From: Octopus vulgaris
Lineage: Eukaryota
Length of the DNA stretch: 64,000 nt
Reading direction: 5' to 3'
NCBI GenBank assembly: GCA_951406725.2
Contig: OX597819.1
Coordinates: forward strand, 59,582,001 to 59,646,000
Part shown: positions 25,593 to 40,100 of the stretch, piece after piece
Numbering within the stretch: the first letter of the stretch is position 1
Layout of the letters: every line of letters starts with the position of its first letter
Notes under the pieces: model-generated
Seen by the model: the letters and a program-made list of their open reading frames with translations, nothing else
Database searches by the model: none
What the model was told of the DNA's origin: nothing
Program-made: the position numbers and the translations under genes

Positions 25593-28500
25593 TTTATTCT
25601 TTTATTTGTTTGTCATTTGACTGTAGCCATGCTGGAGCACCACCTTTAGTCAAACAAATCAACCCCAGGACTTATTCTTTGTAAACCTAGTACTCAATCT
25701 ATCAGTCTCTTTTGCCGAACTGCTAAGTTATGAGGACATAAACACACCAACATCAGTTGTCAAGTGATGGTGGGAGGACAAACACAGACACATGAACATA
25801 CACACACACACACACACATGAACATACACACACACACACACGTGTGTATATATACGATAGGTTTCTTTCAGTTTCCGTCTACCAAATCCACTCACAAGGC
25901 TTTGGTCGGCCTTATGCTATAGTAAAAGACACTTGCCCAAGGTGCCACACAGTGGGACTGAACCCGGAACCATGTGGTTGGTAAGCAAGCTACTTAGCAC
26001 ACAGCCACTCCTGCACCTATATATATATATATATCATTCTTTTCAATAGAAAAACACCCAAGTTGTGGAAGCTCAGTCAGTTATATTGAAATAGTTAAGG
26101 CATGTTTTGAGCAGTTTAAAAATCTTTTGATAGAGTTGGAAGGACAGTTCCCACCACCTTTATAGGATTATGTGTTGTGTTTCTCAAAATAGTGAAACTG
26201 GTCAGTGAGGAAGTCCCTCAGGGTTGCAATTCTGGGAAGAAATGTCTTGGAAAAGTGTTGCTTCCCAACCACATGGTTCTGAGTTCATCCTGCTGTGTGG
26301 TGCCTTGGGCAAGAGTCTTCTATTATAGTCTCAGGCTGACCAAAGCCTTGTGAGTGGATTTCATAGACAGAAACTCAAAGCAACCCATCGTGTGTGTGTG
26401 TGTGTGCACACACATATACACACATACATATGTGTGTTTGTGTCTGTGTTTACGACCCCATAACTTAGTGGTTTAGCAAAAAGAGGTCAATAGAATAAGT
26501 ACTAGGCCGTAAGAATTCATCTGATTAAAAATTCTTCAAAGTGGTGCCCCAGCATGGCCCTAATCTAACGACTGAAACAAAAGATGAAAGGTAATTCTGT
26601 ATTTATTCAGTCAGAGTGTAAATGAGAAGACAAGAAATAGGGCTTGCTAGGGCAGAGATGATACACAGCTTAATAGGGAAAAAGTTCATTGAGATTGATA
26701 TAGAGGGACCTTGTTAGAAAGAAGGCAAAAAAAATTGAGAAAAAGAATTTGGAATACAGTAAAATTGTTGAAACAATACTATTACTTCAGCGGCAAGCTG
26801 GCAGAAATTTTACCACACCATGAAATGCTTAGCAGTATTTTGTCTGTCTTTACGTTCTGAGTTCAAATTCCGCCAAGGTTGACTTTTGGGATCAATCTAA
26901 TCGACTGGCCTCATCCCTCAAAATCTCAGGCCTTGTGCCTAGAAGAGAAAAGAATATTTTTATCCAAAGTAAGGAGGTGAGCTGGCAGAAATGTTAGCAC
27001 ACCGGGCAAAATGCTTAGCGGTATTTCATCTGTCTTTATGTTCTGATTTAAAATTCCACCAAGGTCGACTTTGCCTTTCATCCTTTCAGGGTTGATAAAT
27101 TAAGTACCAGTTGCGTACTGGAGTCAATCTAATTGACTGGCCCCTTCCTCAAAATTTCAGGCCTTGTGCATAGAGTAGAAAAGAATATTACTACAGCTCA
27201 CACAGCCAACTTTTTGATTTCTTCCTGTCTATGTGTCAATTAGCAAAATAACAGGCGTGGTTAGTTTTAGGGATAAGCTGAAACAACCTTTACCTTAGAT
27301 CATCATCATTGTCATAATCACCTTCATGATCATCATGATCATCGTCATCATCATCTTCATCATCAACCCCCATTTTCCTTGCTGGCATGGGTTGGATGGT
27401 TTGATAGGAGCTGGCAAGCTGGAGGGTTGCACCTAGCATTAGTTGTCTATTTTGGCATGGTTTCTATAGCTGGATGCCCTTCCTAATACCAGCTACTTTG
27501 CAGAGTGGACTAGGTGCTTTTTACGTGGAACCAGCAATTGTGCTTTTTATTCTGCACCAGCATGGGTATTTTTTATGAGGTACTCATTATGAGCACAGAT
27601 ATTGATGTCAAAGTAGGCAGTATAGATATCTCTTTGACAAACAACCGTTTTTAAAAAAATACAATAATGGAAAAATTTACTAGATTTTATTATTTGTTTG
27701 ATGTGAGATTCATTATAGAAATAATCTGGTGTACATCAAAATTTGATCTTTTTAATATTTAGACAAGCAATCTGTCACATAAGCAGTTAGTTTGTCACAA
27801 AAATTGACAGGTGATAATAAGGCATGCATAGCCTGGCATTCTTTCTATTGTTGTTGAGCAGACAAGCAGATTGCCTTATAGTTGGACAAGCAAATGATCA
27901 CATGGTCAGATAGACGGTTATGTAATTGAAGAGATAATCTGTGTCACATAATAGGATAGTTGGTGACCTAGGTTAGACAAACTTTCTAATTACATGGTTG
28001 AGTAATATATGAGAGTTAATATTGGATTAGCTGAGATTCTCCTTTCAATTAGAAGACAATAACGCCCTCTAGAGGGGTATTTGAAATCTAAAAACAAGTA
28101 GCAAGGGAGATAACAAAATAATGGTTTCAAATTTTGGTATAAGTCAGCAGTTTTAGAGGAGTGAATAAGTCAATTTTATTGACTCCATTATTCAGCTGGT
28201 ACTTATTTTATCAGTCCTAAAAGAATGAATAGCAAAGTCAACCTCAGCAGAATTTGAACTCAGAATGTCAGGCGACAAGCCACTAAGCATTTAGCCAGAC
28301 AGACTAGCAATAACAGAAATAACTGGAACTAAAGTTTTGGAAAATAAAAAAATAATGTAGTAAGAATTGGATATTGTCTTTAAAGCCAACTCGTGAAAGC
28401 AACTGATCTGTTTTGGCATGGTTTCATCAGTGGAGCATATTCACCACAGTTGGTTAAACTTAGGAAGTGATCAGTATATGAAGAAATAGCAGGAATAGGA

Positions 28501-31500
28501 CTGAAAGAAAATACTCCAGGAGAGCAATTCTGCATTCTAAATACAGATGTGGTAGAGTTCCATATGTATAATATTGTGAGTGAGAAAAGAAAAAAAAAAC
28601 TTTGATTCATGAAAATTATTCTTCTAATTAGGTGGCGTTCATCTCTTAATTGTATTGTCTTTAATTTCTGAAAATTTGGATTAGCTATTATTTTTGGAAT
28701 TTTCCCCCTTGTTTCTCTTGAGATTTTAAACACCTTTAAGTAAGTGTTTTCTGTCTTTTAATTACAATGATATTCTCAAAGTTTTTCAATTCACTGTAGT
28801 ACACGAGCGAGATTCTACAATTTGTATCTTTAGCATTTAGAATGCTTCCATAAGACATGTATTCTTATGTGAGTGAGCTGGTTCCACATTAAAACACCCA
28901 ATTCACACTGTAAAATGGTTGGTATTAGGAAGGGTATCCAGCCATAGAAACCATGCCAAAACAGACATTTGGAGCCTGGTGCAGCTCTCTGGCTTGTAAG
29001 CTTCCGTCTAGCCATCCAAACCATGCCAGCATGGAAACAGACATTAAATGATGATGATATGTACATAGATATAAATATCTATATACATATAAGTATGTTT
29101 ATATATACATGTGTCTTAACTGAAGATGTGTAAGAGAGGAACTCTTTTTTTCTCTTTTGCATGATTATCAGAAACATATATATATATATAAAATAAAATA
29201 CAAAATGGGACAAGAACGCAAAACATCCGGACAACTAGGTGATACAAAATGGGACAACAAAACATCCAGATAGGCAATACAAAAAACACAGACGGGTCAT
29301 TCAAAGCCTTTTATCTTCAGTCAAGAACCAGATCATCCTCGCAATTTTGGCTGATATATATATATATGATTACGCAGAAATAATTTACATATTTTTGCAC
29401 AAAAGAGGTGACCTTTAACAGGACACCTTACATGCTAGAAAGGGCAGTTAAGGCCCAAACCATTATAATTTTCAAATACATTATAATTTTCAAATCCACT
29501 GTGCAAGTGCAGTTACATTCGGCAGCAAATGATAATAAACAAACTAAAACTGCGTACCAAAGGGCTTCAAAACTACAAAAATGTTACTGTGAAAAAAGTA
29601 AGGGTAGAAAATTTAGAGAAATTTTCCTACTGGTGACCAGCATGCGTAATAAAGTCAATAGACAACATATAAGTATGCAAATTATTTGTACACTATTTTA
29701 TATGAAAAATGTTGTTTATTGACTTTATTATGCATGCTGGCCACCAGTAGGAAAATTTCTCTAAATTTTCTACCCTTATTATTTTCACAGTATATATATA
29801 TATATTTTTTTTTTTGGCCTGCTCGCTTAGCCAGCGGGGTGGCGTCGTTCGAAGGCTAAAACAATGCGAACGCATTGTGACCAGCGATGGGCAGCAACAT
29901 CTGATTGTCTGGCCAGTCACGTGATCACGTGATATATATTTATATACACACACACACACACACACATACACCTGCCCTCTTTCTTGTTAACTCTCTCTCC
30001 CCAGGTAACCATGTACCTCCTCTACAGCAAGACACCTGTTTCTGTCTCTCTATCACACTCTAACCATTCATCATCTGACACAAGATCACCTCCTCCAATG
30101 CCCCATCCCTTCTCAAAGATTTCTTGTCTTGCAAGTTACTTGGTGACCCTGCCAGTGTTGATTCCACGTAAAATGCACTAAGCCCACACTGCAAGGTGGT
30201 TGGTGTTAGGAAGGGCATCCAACCATAAAAACCATGCCAAAGCAAACACAGAGGTATGATACAGGCTTCTGTCTGGTCAGCTCCTGTCAAACCATCCAAC
30301 CCATGCCAGCATAGAAGAAGGACATTAAACAATGATAATGATGTGTGTGAGTGTATGTATATATGTGTATGAGTGTACATGTATATAAAAAGATTGAAAC
30401 ATGACTGTTGCTTTCCCCATTTGGCTTTAAAGACAAGATCCAATCCTAAGTACATTGTCTTTATTTTCAAAAGATTTAGATTAACTTTTATAATTGAAGT
30501 TATCTCTGTTGCATTCTTTTCTTCTCCAGATTTGAAATACTCTTAGAGAAGTTTTTTTATCTTTCAGTTTCATTGCTTAATCATATGTGTATTTAGCATC
30601 ATACAGAATTTCTTGCCTAAAGTATTTTTGCCTCGACTCTATTGTTGACATCATGTGGTTGGACATGCACTCAGTGTCATCGATAGACATTAATCAGTTA
30701 ATTAAATTCGAAGATATTTCAAATAAATTAACGTCATATCAAATATTTTGATAAGAGCAGGAAGTAGTCAGATAAGTTGTGGAAGGCCAATGTAATGGAC
30801 AACGTGATTTATAGGATAATAAACATGTTTATGAATTGGAGAATGAGAGAAATAAGGAGACTGGCATGACATTGCTTAGATGGTAGAGAAACAGACTAGT
30901 GGCTTTTCAGTATTTATTGAGGACATTTTACTGCACCCCCACAATGCACTCTAGACAGATTCCACATTCTGTGCACCAGCAAATGATGATCAGATTGGCT
31001 AAAACAATGTTTGTTCCTTCTCGAGCCATGCGTGGCTCATAAGGGCCGGTTTCCTTGGTGTATAGGTTCCCCACCTGGATGGGACGCTGGTCCATTGCAG
31101 GTGAGATGCAAGAGGAAAGAGTGAAAGTTGTGTCGAAAGAGTCAGCAGAAGTTCGCCATTACCTTCTGCTGGAGCTGCGTGGAGCTTAGGTGTTTCGCTC
31201 ATAAACACATACATCACCCGGTCTGAGATTCGAACCTGCGATCCCCCGACCGCGAGTCTGCTGCTCTAACCACAAGGCCATGTGCCTCCACAACAATGGT
31301 TAAAGTTGGTCTAAGGGTCAACTCTGGGAAAACTAAGGTGATGCAGGCCAGTGTGTAAGGAGAGATGCAAATTTTTATGAATCAATAACCTTTTGAAAAT
31401 GTCACCAACTTCAACTACCTGAGTAGCATTATTGCAACAGAGGAGGGATACTGAGGCAATTGTCAATTTCAGAGTAGATCATGCAGCAGCAGAGCTCAGA

Positions 31501-33405
31501 GGAATGAACAAGATGTGAGCTAGCACTTTGATTAGCAACTGTATGAAGATCCTGCTGTACCAGAGCATTGTCCTGCAAACAGCAGTTTTTGCAGGAAAAT
31601 AACTGCTGAGATCGCTCAGAGCTTGAAAACATTCTACTAATAGTGTTTGCAGAATACTCCAATTCATCTACAGGAGCAGAATCACAAACTCTGAAGTCCT
31701 CAGAAGACTCACTCTGTGCAGCCTTCAGGAGTTTGTGGCAGAAAGAATAGGGAGACTTATAGGTCATGTTTTCTGACTGTCAGAAGAATGAGTACTCAGG
31801 ACAGCTATACAATGAGTACCTCTAGAGCAGTGCTCCACAACTATTATGCCACAGCACACTGGTATGCCATGAAACGATGCTAGATGTGTCACAGTGTAAC
31901 CTGAATATAAGTTTTTTCCTGTACTGTTAGTTCAGGTGTGCTCCCAAATTTTGAAAAGAATATAAGTGTACCGCAAATGAAAAAAAGGTTGCAGAGCACT
32001 GATCTAGAGGATTGAAGGAAGAAAGGCATGGTGCACCACCTTCAAAGATCTGAAGCAACATAGCATCACCTGGGCAGGTGCAGATGATTTTGCTCGAAAC
32101 TGGGACTATTGGAGATGTCTTGCTGTCCAACGTACAAATCAACTGCCTTTCATTTTATACCAATAAAATAATTAACAGTATTGCATTGTCGATGAATTTC
32201 TTGACTATACTATATTTTAGGATAAGGTGGCTTTGTACATCATCATCGTCGTCGTTTAACGTCCGCTTTCCATGCTGGCATGGGTTAGATGGTTTGACTG
32301 AGGACTGGTGAGCCAGAAGGCTGCCGCTGACATGGCCAATGACAGTATCGCCTGATTGGCACTCATGCCAGTGGAACATTAAAAGCACATCCGAGTGTGG
32401 GGGTGTAACCAGTCCGCTTATGTGTACCCCTCATTCATTGAACAATAAACTTGGCTTGCGAAAACCCATTGAAGCAAGTGAAATCAAATCAAAATTGCTG
32501 ACATGGCCGATGACAGTACCGCCTGATTGGCACTCATGCCAGTGGAACGTTAAAAGCTCATCTGAGCGTGATTTATGCTAGGGCCACAGATTGGCTCCCA
32601 TGCCGGTGGCACATAAAAAGCACCATTCAAGCGTGGCTTTGTACCTTGTGAATAATAAATCTTTTAAATACATGATTAGAAAATTTCACTAAGAAGATGT
32701 TAAAATGAGCAGGATATATTGATCAGAGTATTCTGATTGGTACAAGTATGACAACTTTAAAGTGTTATCTAATTATTGTTATTTGTAAACAGTTTTGTAA
32801 TTTAAAAAAAAATTTTCTTTTATCAGAGTTGAGTGTTTTTAAGTGTATTTCATCAATTGTCATTAGTCATACAATTTCTCTAAGTATAAAGTTCAACAGT
32901 TACAAAAGGAATAAGTACAATGGATGTCGTCATCATTATCATCATAATTTAACATTCACTTTTCCATGCTTTCATGGGTCAGGCAGAATCTGTTGAGACA
33001 GATTTTCTATGACTGAATAAACTTTATTATCAACCTTCACCTGTTTTCTAGCAAGGTGTTATTTTCCCATGGTTAGACCTGTTTCAACAGGATATCGGAA
33101 ATGAATGGCACTGCTTGTATGGAGCATATGTTTGTTAAGGAGACAAACATAAATGTATTCACTTGCAAATACACACACACATATTTACAATGAACTTCTC
33201 TCGGTTTCCATCTACCAAATCCACTCAAAAGGATTTGGTCAGCTGTGTACTATGTAAGCATATACTATTAGGCCTGTACAGCTGCAAGCTGACTAAAATA
33301 AGTAACACTTGCTCCAGTTGCCATGCAGTGGGGCTGAACCAAGACCACATAGTCGAGAAGCATGCTACTTAACCACATGGCCACACCTGAATATATGTAT
33401 ATGTA

Positions 33406-33447
<42 letters not shown>

Positions 33448-34031
33448 CGCACATCCGAACGTAGGGTGTAACTGGCCCACTTATGAGTACCCCTCATTCA
33501 CTGGGCAATGAACTTTGTTTGCGAAGACCTATTGAGGCAAGTGTAAACAAATCAAAATTGCTGGCATGGCCGATGACAGTATCGCCTGATTGGCACTCAT
33601 GCCAGTGGAACGTTAAAAGCACATCTGATTGTGATTGTTGCCAAGGCCATGGATTGGTTCCCATGCCGGTGACACGTGTAAAGTACCATTCAAGTGTCGT
33701 TGTTGCCAGCATTGCCTGGTGGCATGTGAAAAACATTTGAGCATTGTTGTTGCCAGTGCTGCCGGACTGGCTCCCTTGCAAGTAGCGCGTAAAAACACCT
33801 TTTGAGCGTGGCTGTTGTCAGAACCGCCTGACTGGCCCTCGTGTTGGTGGTACGTAAAAGCATCCACTAAACTCTCGGAGTGGTTGGCGTTAGGAAGGGC
33901 ATCCAGCTGTAGAAACACTGCCAGATCAGATTGGGTCCTGGTGCAGCCTCCTGGCTTCCCAGACCCCTGTCGAACTGTCCAACCATTGCTAGCATGGAAA
34001 ACGGACGTAAAATGATGATGATATATATGTA

Positions 34032-34103
<72 letters not shown>

Positions 34104-37100
34104 TGTACATACACATACATACACTACAGGCTTCTTTTGTTTCCGTCTAGCAAATTTACTCATAAGGCATATATGTATGTATAATATACTAGCAGTATCG
34201 CCCGGCGTTGCTCGGGTTTGTAAGGGAAATAACTATATAAGCATTTTTAGTGAGTTATAGCAAAAAATGCATTAAAAATGGAATAAAAAATGATGGTAAT
34301 TTTTTTTTAAATCGTTGACTCATCGTAGACATTTTTAGAGAGTTACTTCCCTTATAAAATAGCGAAAAATGCATTAAAATGGAATAAAAAATGATGGTAA
34401 ATTTTTTTAAATCGTAGACTCATCGTAAACGCGCGCTAATACCCAGAAGGGCTCGATATGAATCACGACTATAAGATACCCGGTTTTGGTTACACTGCAC
34501 CGCAAAATGTGGGAGTAGTTAGGAATCTAAATCGTAGGAGACAGACACACAACCTTACTTTTATATATAAAGATTTGTGCAACAACTAAAACTTATATAT
34601 AAAGATTTGTGCAACAACTAAAACATTCGGTTGTGCAAATTGTTTGCACAGGAAACCTGCCCTGTGTGGCGGTAATTGCCGTTTTTGTGGATCTATTTCA
34701 GCTTTTTTAGCGATTTCTGTTTTGGCGACTTCAAGCCATAAATTCGTTGTTCTAAAAGAACGCTGGTCTCCTTGACAACGCATTACGACGTTGATTTCCT
34801 TACACTCCCTTCCCCACAGCTTCACGAGGGAGGGAAGAAGAGGGAGAAGCAACACAGGTGCAGATGTGAGCGTGGACGCCAACTCCGCCGCCATCGACAC
34901 ACGAAAAAATATGCATTAAAATGGAATAAAAAGTGATGTTAAATTATTTTTAAAATCGTAGACGCGCGCTAATACCCAGACGGGCTCGATATGAATCACG
35001 ACTATAAGATACCCGAATTTGGTTAAACTGCACCGCAAAATGTGGGAGTAGTTAGGAATCTAAATCGAAGGGGACAGACACTCACACAACTACAGTTTTA
35101 TATATATAGATATATGCGCGTGTGTGCATGTCTGTCTGTTATGACTTCTGTCAGCAAATTGCCCACACATTTTAAGCCTTTGTAGGCATGTGGAATAAGA
35201 GATCCCTAAAAGAACAGTAAGGGTTAGTAATAGAATGAGCATCCATCTGTAAAACAACGCTTCAATAATATATTCATCTAACCCATGTAAGCATAGAAAA
35301 ATGGACGTAAATCGAACGAATATATGCATGTACACACCAACTCACATACACACACGTCTATATATGCAAAATGAAAGAGAAGAGCAGCGAGTGTACTATG
35401 AAGCGTTTAGGTAAGCATTTATTGACTCACAACTTAATTATTCAAAGTTGCATATACACGTCCAATCGGCCAGATTTGGACGCTTGATCGGTTAGACATG
35501 TATTCTCATACCTGTGAATCATTAACTACTCACACACACGCACATGCAAGATATAGGAAATTTAAATTAGATGTAAAACACTTCAATTAAAGAAATTAAG
35601 ATGTTCTTTGTAAAGTTCATTTGACTTCTTTTTTTATATATAAATAAGAGAAAGAAGGAGATATGTAAAAGTAGGGTATATATAATTTAATATAATCTTA
35701 TTATTTGTTAATCTTCTCAGTTAATAAGATTATAAATTGACTGGTAGGCAGACGTACACAGGGTGACGTTTACTCTTATAAAAACTGGAGTTGCCTCCCT
35801 TATCGGATTTTTTTTGATATTGTCTAGTCGCTCTAACGACAATATTCATTATTTGTAGCTTCTTTTAGTGGGACTAATAATGTTATTGTTTTGTTTGAAC
35901 AGTTGTAGGAGAAGTACATATAAAAAATATTACAAGATACTTCGGAGGCTTTTTAGTGTCAGATTAGGATTTGAGATATATTAATGATGATTACAGGAGA
36001 AGTGGAAATATTGGCTGGGTTGATTTGAATGATTTGAATGTGGAATGAAAATTACTAGTTCAGAATACAAGCAGCTGGGGTAGTTGGTAGTGGAGCAGAA
36101 AAGAAACAGAGCATTTTTGAGTGATTGATCAAAGCATCGTGGTTACTGAGTCATTGCCAATCAGTTGAATAACTTTCTTTTGAATGTGATCTGAGGTGTC
36201 TACGAGTGAAGCAGAAACATCCAAAATAAGTGATCATTGTTCTGAGGTGGGCCACATTTAAGCTCTATAAATATGTTAGCACACATTTCCTGGTCCTGAA
36301 GAGGAGACTATAATCTTTGGAATAACATACTGACAACGTTATGTAAAGTTGTGAGATATGAAAAATTGTGAAACCTGGCTGTTATAGCAAGTTTCAGGCA
36401 TTTTATTTGCATTGTTAGTAATAGGGCCTTTGTTGCTCAAGGTTAACCATGCATCTGCACATGTATATGTAGGCCTGTCGAAGATTTTGTTGAAAAAGAC
36501 TGGTGGTTTCCCATACCTACAAGTCTTCCCTCTTTGTGCCACTGATATTTATCCAAAAGAAGGCGGCGAGCTGGCAGAAACGTTAGCACAACGGGCGAAA
36601 TGCTTAGCAGTATTTCGTTTGTCTTTACATCCTGAGTTCAAATTCCGCCAAGGTCAACTTTACTTTTCATCCTTCTGGGGTCGATAAATTAAGTACCAGT
36701 TGCATACTAGGGTCATTCTAATCGACTGTCCCCCTCCCCCAAAATATGCCTTGAGTAGAAAAGGATATTTATCCAAAGGGAAGACCACCTATGTGTGCCA
36801 ATACAACTGGGTTCTTGTATCATCACAAGCGTTGCTGTCAAAATACCAATAGCTGAAACATATTGGTTTCAAATTTTGGCACAAGGTCAGCAATTTTCGG
36901 GGATGGGCTAAGTTGTTTACATCAATCCCAGAGATCAACTGGTACTTATTTTATCGCCCCCCCCACCTCCCAAAGGATGAAAGGCAAAGTTGACCTCAAT
37001 GTTATTTGAACTCAGGATTTCAAGAGGGATGAAATACTGCCTGGCATTTTGTCTGGTGCAATATCGATTCTGCCAGCTTACCGCCTTAGCTGAAACATCA

Positions 37101-40100
37101 TCATCATCATCATTGTTTAACGTTCGTTTTCCATGCTGTCATGGGTTGGACGGTTTGACTGAGGACTGGCAAGCCAGTAGGCTGCACCAGACTCCAATCT
37201 GATCTGGTAAGGTTTCTACAGCTGGATGCCCTTCCTAACGCAAACCACTCCTAGAGTGTAGTGGGTGCTTTTTACGAGCCACCAGCACAGGGAGCCAGTC
37301 AGGCAGCACTGGCATCGACCTATGCTTGAATAGTGCTTATTATGTGCCACCAGCACAGGGATCCAGTCAGGTGGCACTGGCATTGGCCACGACTATGATT
37401 TCACTTGACTCAACAAGTCTCAAGCACAGCTTATCACCCGATGATTGAAGGGTACTTTTAAATGAGCCAGTTATGCAACACTGGTATTGGCCACTGCTGC
37501 GATCTCACTTTCCTTGCCGGGTTTTTCTCAATCAAACCATATCTCCAAAGGTCTTGGTCTCTTGTCATTACCTCTGTAAAGCCTAACATTCAAAGGTCAT
37601 GCTTCACCACCTCATCCCATGTTTTCCTGGGCCTAAGGCTTACCACCTTAGCTGAAACAGATATTGCAAAGCATTTGGTTGACCTTCCTACAGTTTTCTC
37701 AATCTACTGTCCTAGATTGATACTTTTTTTTTTACTCAACCCTGAAAGGATGAAAATGGGATTTGAACTCAGATTGCGAAGAGCTGGAATAAATACCACA
37801 AGTCAGCCTGTCCAATGCTCCAATTGTCTCAGCTAATTTGCTGCCTCTTGTTTATGTGCAGCGATTATATTAAATTTATTGAAAGAAATTTTTGTCCCTG
37901 TTGCAGGATGTTTTTGAGGTTTTAAAGTTTCTGTTAATAGTCACAGAATATGAAGTAGTGAGCTTGTATGTGGATGATGCTGAAGGAAGAATGTCAAAGA
38001 CATAATTGAACATTGGTCTAGTGTGAAGTTGATAGAATGTCTTCTCAGAAATAGTCCTGTCAATACACAGTGATATAGAAGTTTGGAAACTTCTGGTTCA
38101 AGACATAAGAGACAAGTAGAGTCTATAGCTATGAAGTTCTGTTGTCAGACACGGTCAAAGGCTTTGCTGATGCTAGAAGAAACAGCATTGCTTTCACTGA
38201 AGTTCTGAAACGCAACATACTACTGATGTAAATTTCTGCTAGTTATGATTTTATACCAACCGTACAGTAAGTTATTGGAGAAAAGAGAGTAAAATGAAAG
38301 CGATAGAGGTGCTGAGTGTTTATGACTTGTGAAGTTATCTCCCTTAGTCCAAGCTCATTTTCTAATTGTATTCATGTGTAAATAATTCAAGTTCAGTAAG
38401 GCCAGTGGTTCTGAACCGGGGTCCATATAAGATTTTATTACTCTTTTCCTTGTTTCAGTCATTTGACTGCGGCCTTGCTGGAGCACCGCCTTTAGTCGAG
38501 CAAATTAACCCCAGGAGTTATTCTTTGTAAGCCTAGTACTGATTCTATCGGTCTCCTATTGCCGAACCGCTAAGTTACGGGGGACGTAAACACACCACCA
38601 TCGCTTGTCAAGCGATGTTGTGGGGGACAAACACAGACACACAAACATACATACACACACATACACACACACTCATATATCAAATCCACTCACAAGGCTT
38701 TGGTCGGCCCAAGGCTATAATAGAACGTGCCACGCAGTGGGAACGAACCCGGAACCATGTTGTTGGTAAGCAAGCTACTTACCTCACAGCCACTCCTGTG
38801 CCTATTGTTAAAATTTATGTGCAATAAGTTAGTTATACTCCTACAACACAGAAAATATTTAAAAAATTTTTTATACATACCCTACTAATATTTAATTATA
38901 AAAATTTAATAAGATTTTATTTCAACATTGAATGCTTATGGGATCCAATAGAGTAAAATATAGGAATTAAAGGGGTCCATCGGCAAAATATGGTTGAGAA
39001 CCACTGATGTAGGTAGTGTTCAAACATCATTATAGCTGATATACATTAAAATAAACTAAATGGCTAAAGATAAAGTAAAGTAAGATTGCAACCATGCATG
39101 TCCAGACCAGTTAAGTGTACCCCTCATGCATCATGCAATATGATATACTTGAGAAGACCTGTTGTGTCAAGTAAAACCAATATCGTAGCTGTGGCCAGTG
39201 CCCCTTGGCAGGCTCCCGTGTTGGTGGTATGTAAAAAGCACCATCCGAATGTGGCCAATGCCAGTACCCACTGACTGGCTCTTGTGCTGGTGGCATGTAA
39301 AAAGCACTATCCTAATGTGATCGATGCCAGGGCCACCTGACTGGCTCCTGTGCCAGTGGCACATAAAATTCACCCATTACACTCTTGGAGTGGTTGGTGT
39401 TAGGAAGGGCATCCAGCTGTAAAGAGACATTGCCAGGTCAGATTGGAGCCTAGTGCAGCCACTGACTCTCCAGACCTCAGTCAAACCATCCAACCCATGC
39501 CAGCATCGAAAACAATCGTTAAGCGGTGATGATGATGATGAATCGAATAAATGTTTGTGATTTAAAATTGATAACTCTCAAGCATTATGGGGTTTGGAAG
39601 ATATTAATTTTATTTTTGTGTGTTTAGAGAAAGAAACATAGCAGGCATTGCAACTAGTAGTTGAAGTTTATAATAATTGTTGGCAGCTGGAAGGCGGCAA
39701 GCTGGCCGAAACATTAGCATGTCTGTCTTTCCGTTCTGAGTTCAAATTCCGCCCAGGTCGACTTTGCTTTTTGGGGGTACCAGTTGTGTACTGGTCTCAA
39801 TCTAATTGACTGGCTCCCTCCCTCAAAATTTTAGGTCTTGTGTCTAGAGTTGAAAAGAATAATTGTTTACAGCTGAAAATAAACCATTAAGAGTTTAATG
39901 TGTTGATCAGTAACTCAACATAACAACAGTTTAAAGACATCACAATAACTAGCCTTAAAAGTCAGTATGACAGCCGTGAATTTCTATTTGGGATTACTTA
40001 GTCATCATCATCATTTAACGTCTGTTTTTCATGCTGGTATGGGTTGGATGGTTCAATAGGAACTGGGAAGTCAGAAGACTGTGCCAAGCTCTGCTGTCAG

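Noticed and set aside
31200-31289. Functional tRNA gene (also 53280-53360 and family A/B heads)
   Set aside because: tRNA-like heads continue into SINE bodies and lack a proper acceptor stem
35880-38330. Non-repetitive-looking stretches at 35880-36530 and 37890-38330 as coding exons
   Set aside because: No phase-consistent exon with recognisable homology; they look like very old retroelement remnants that I cannot classify
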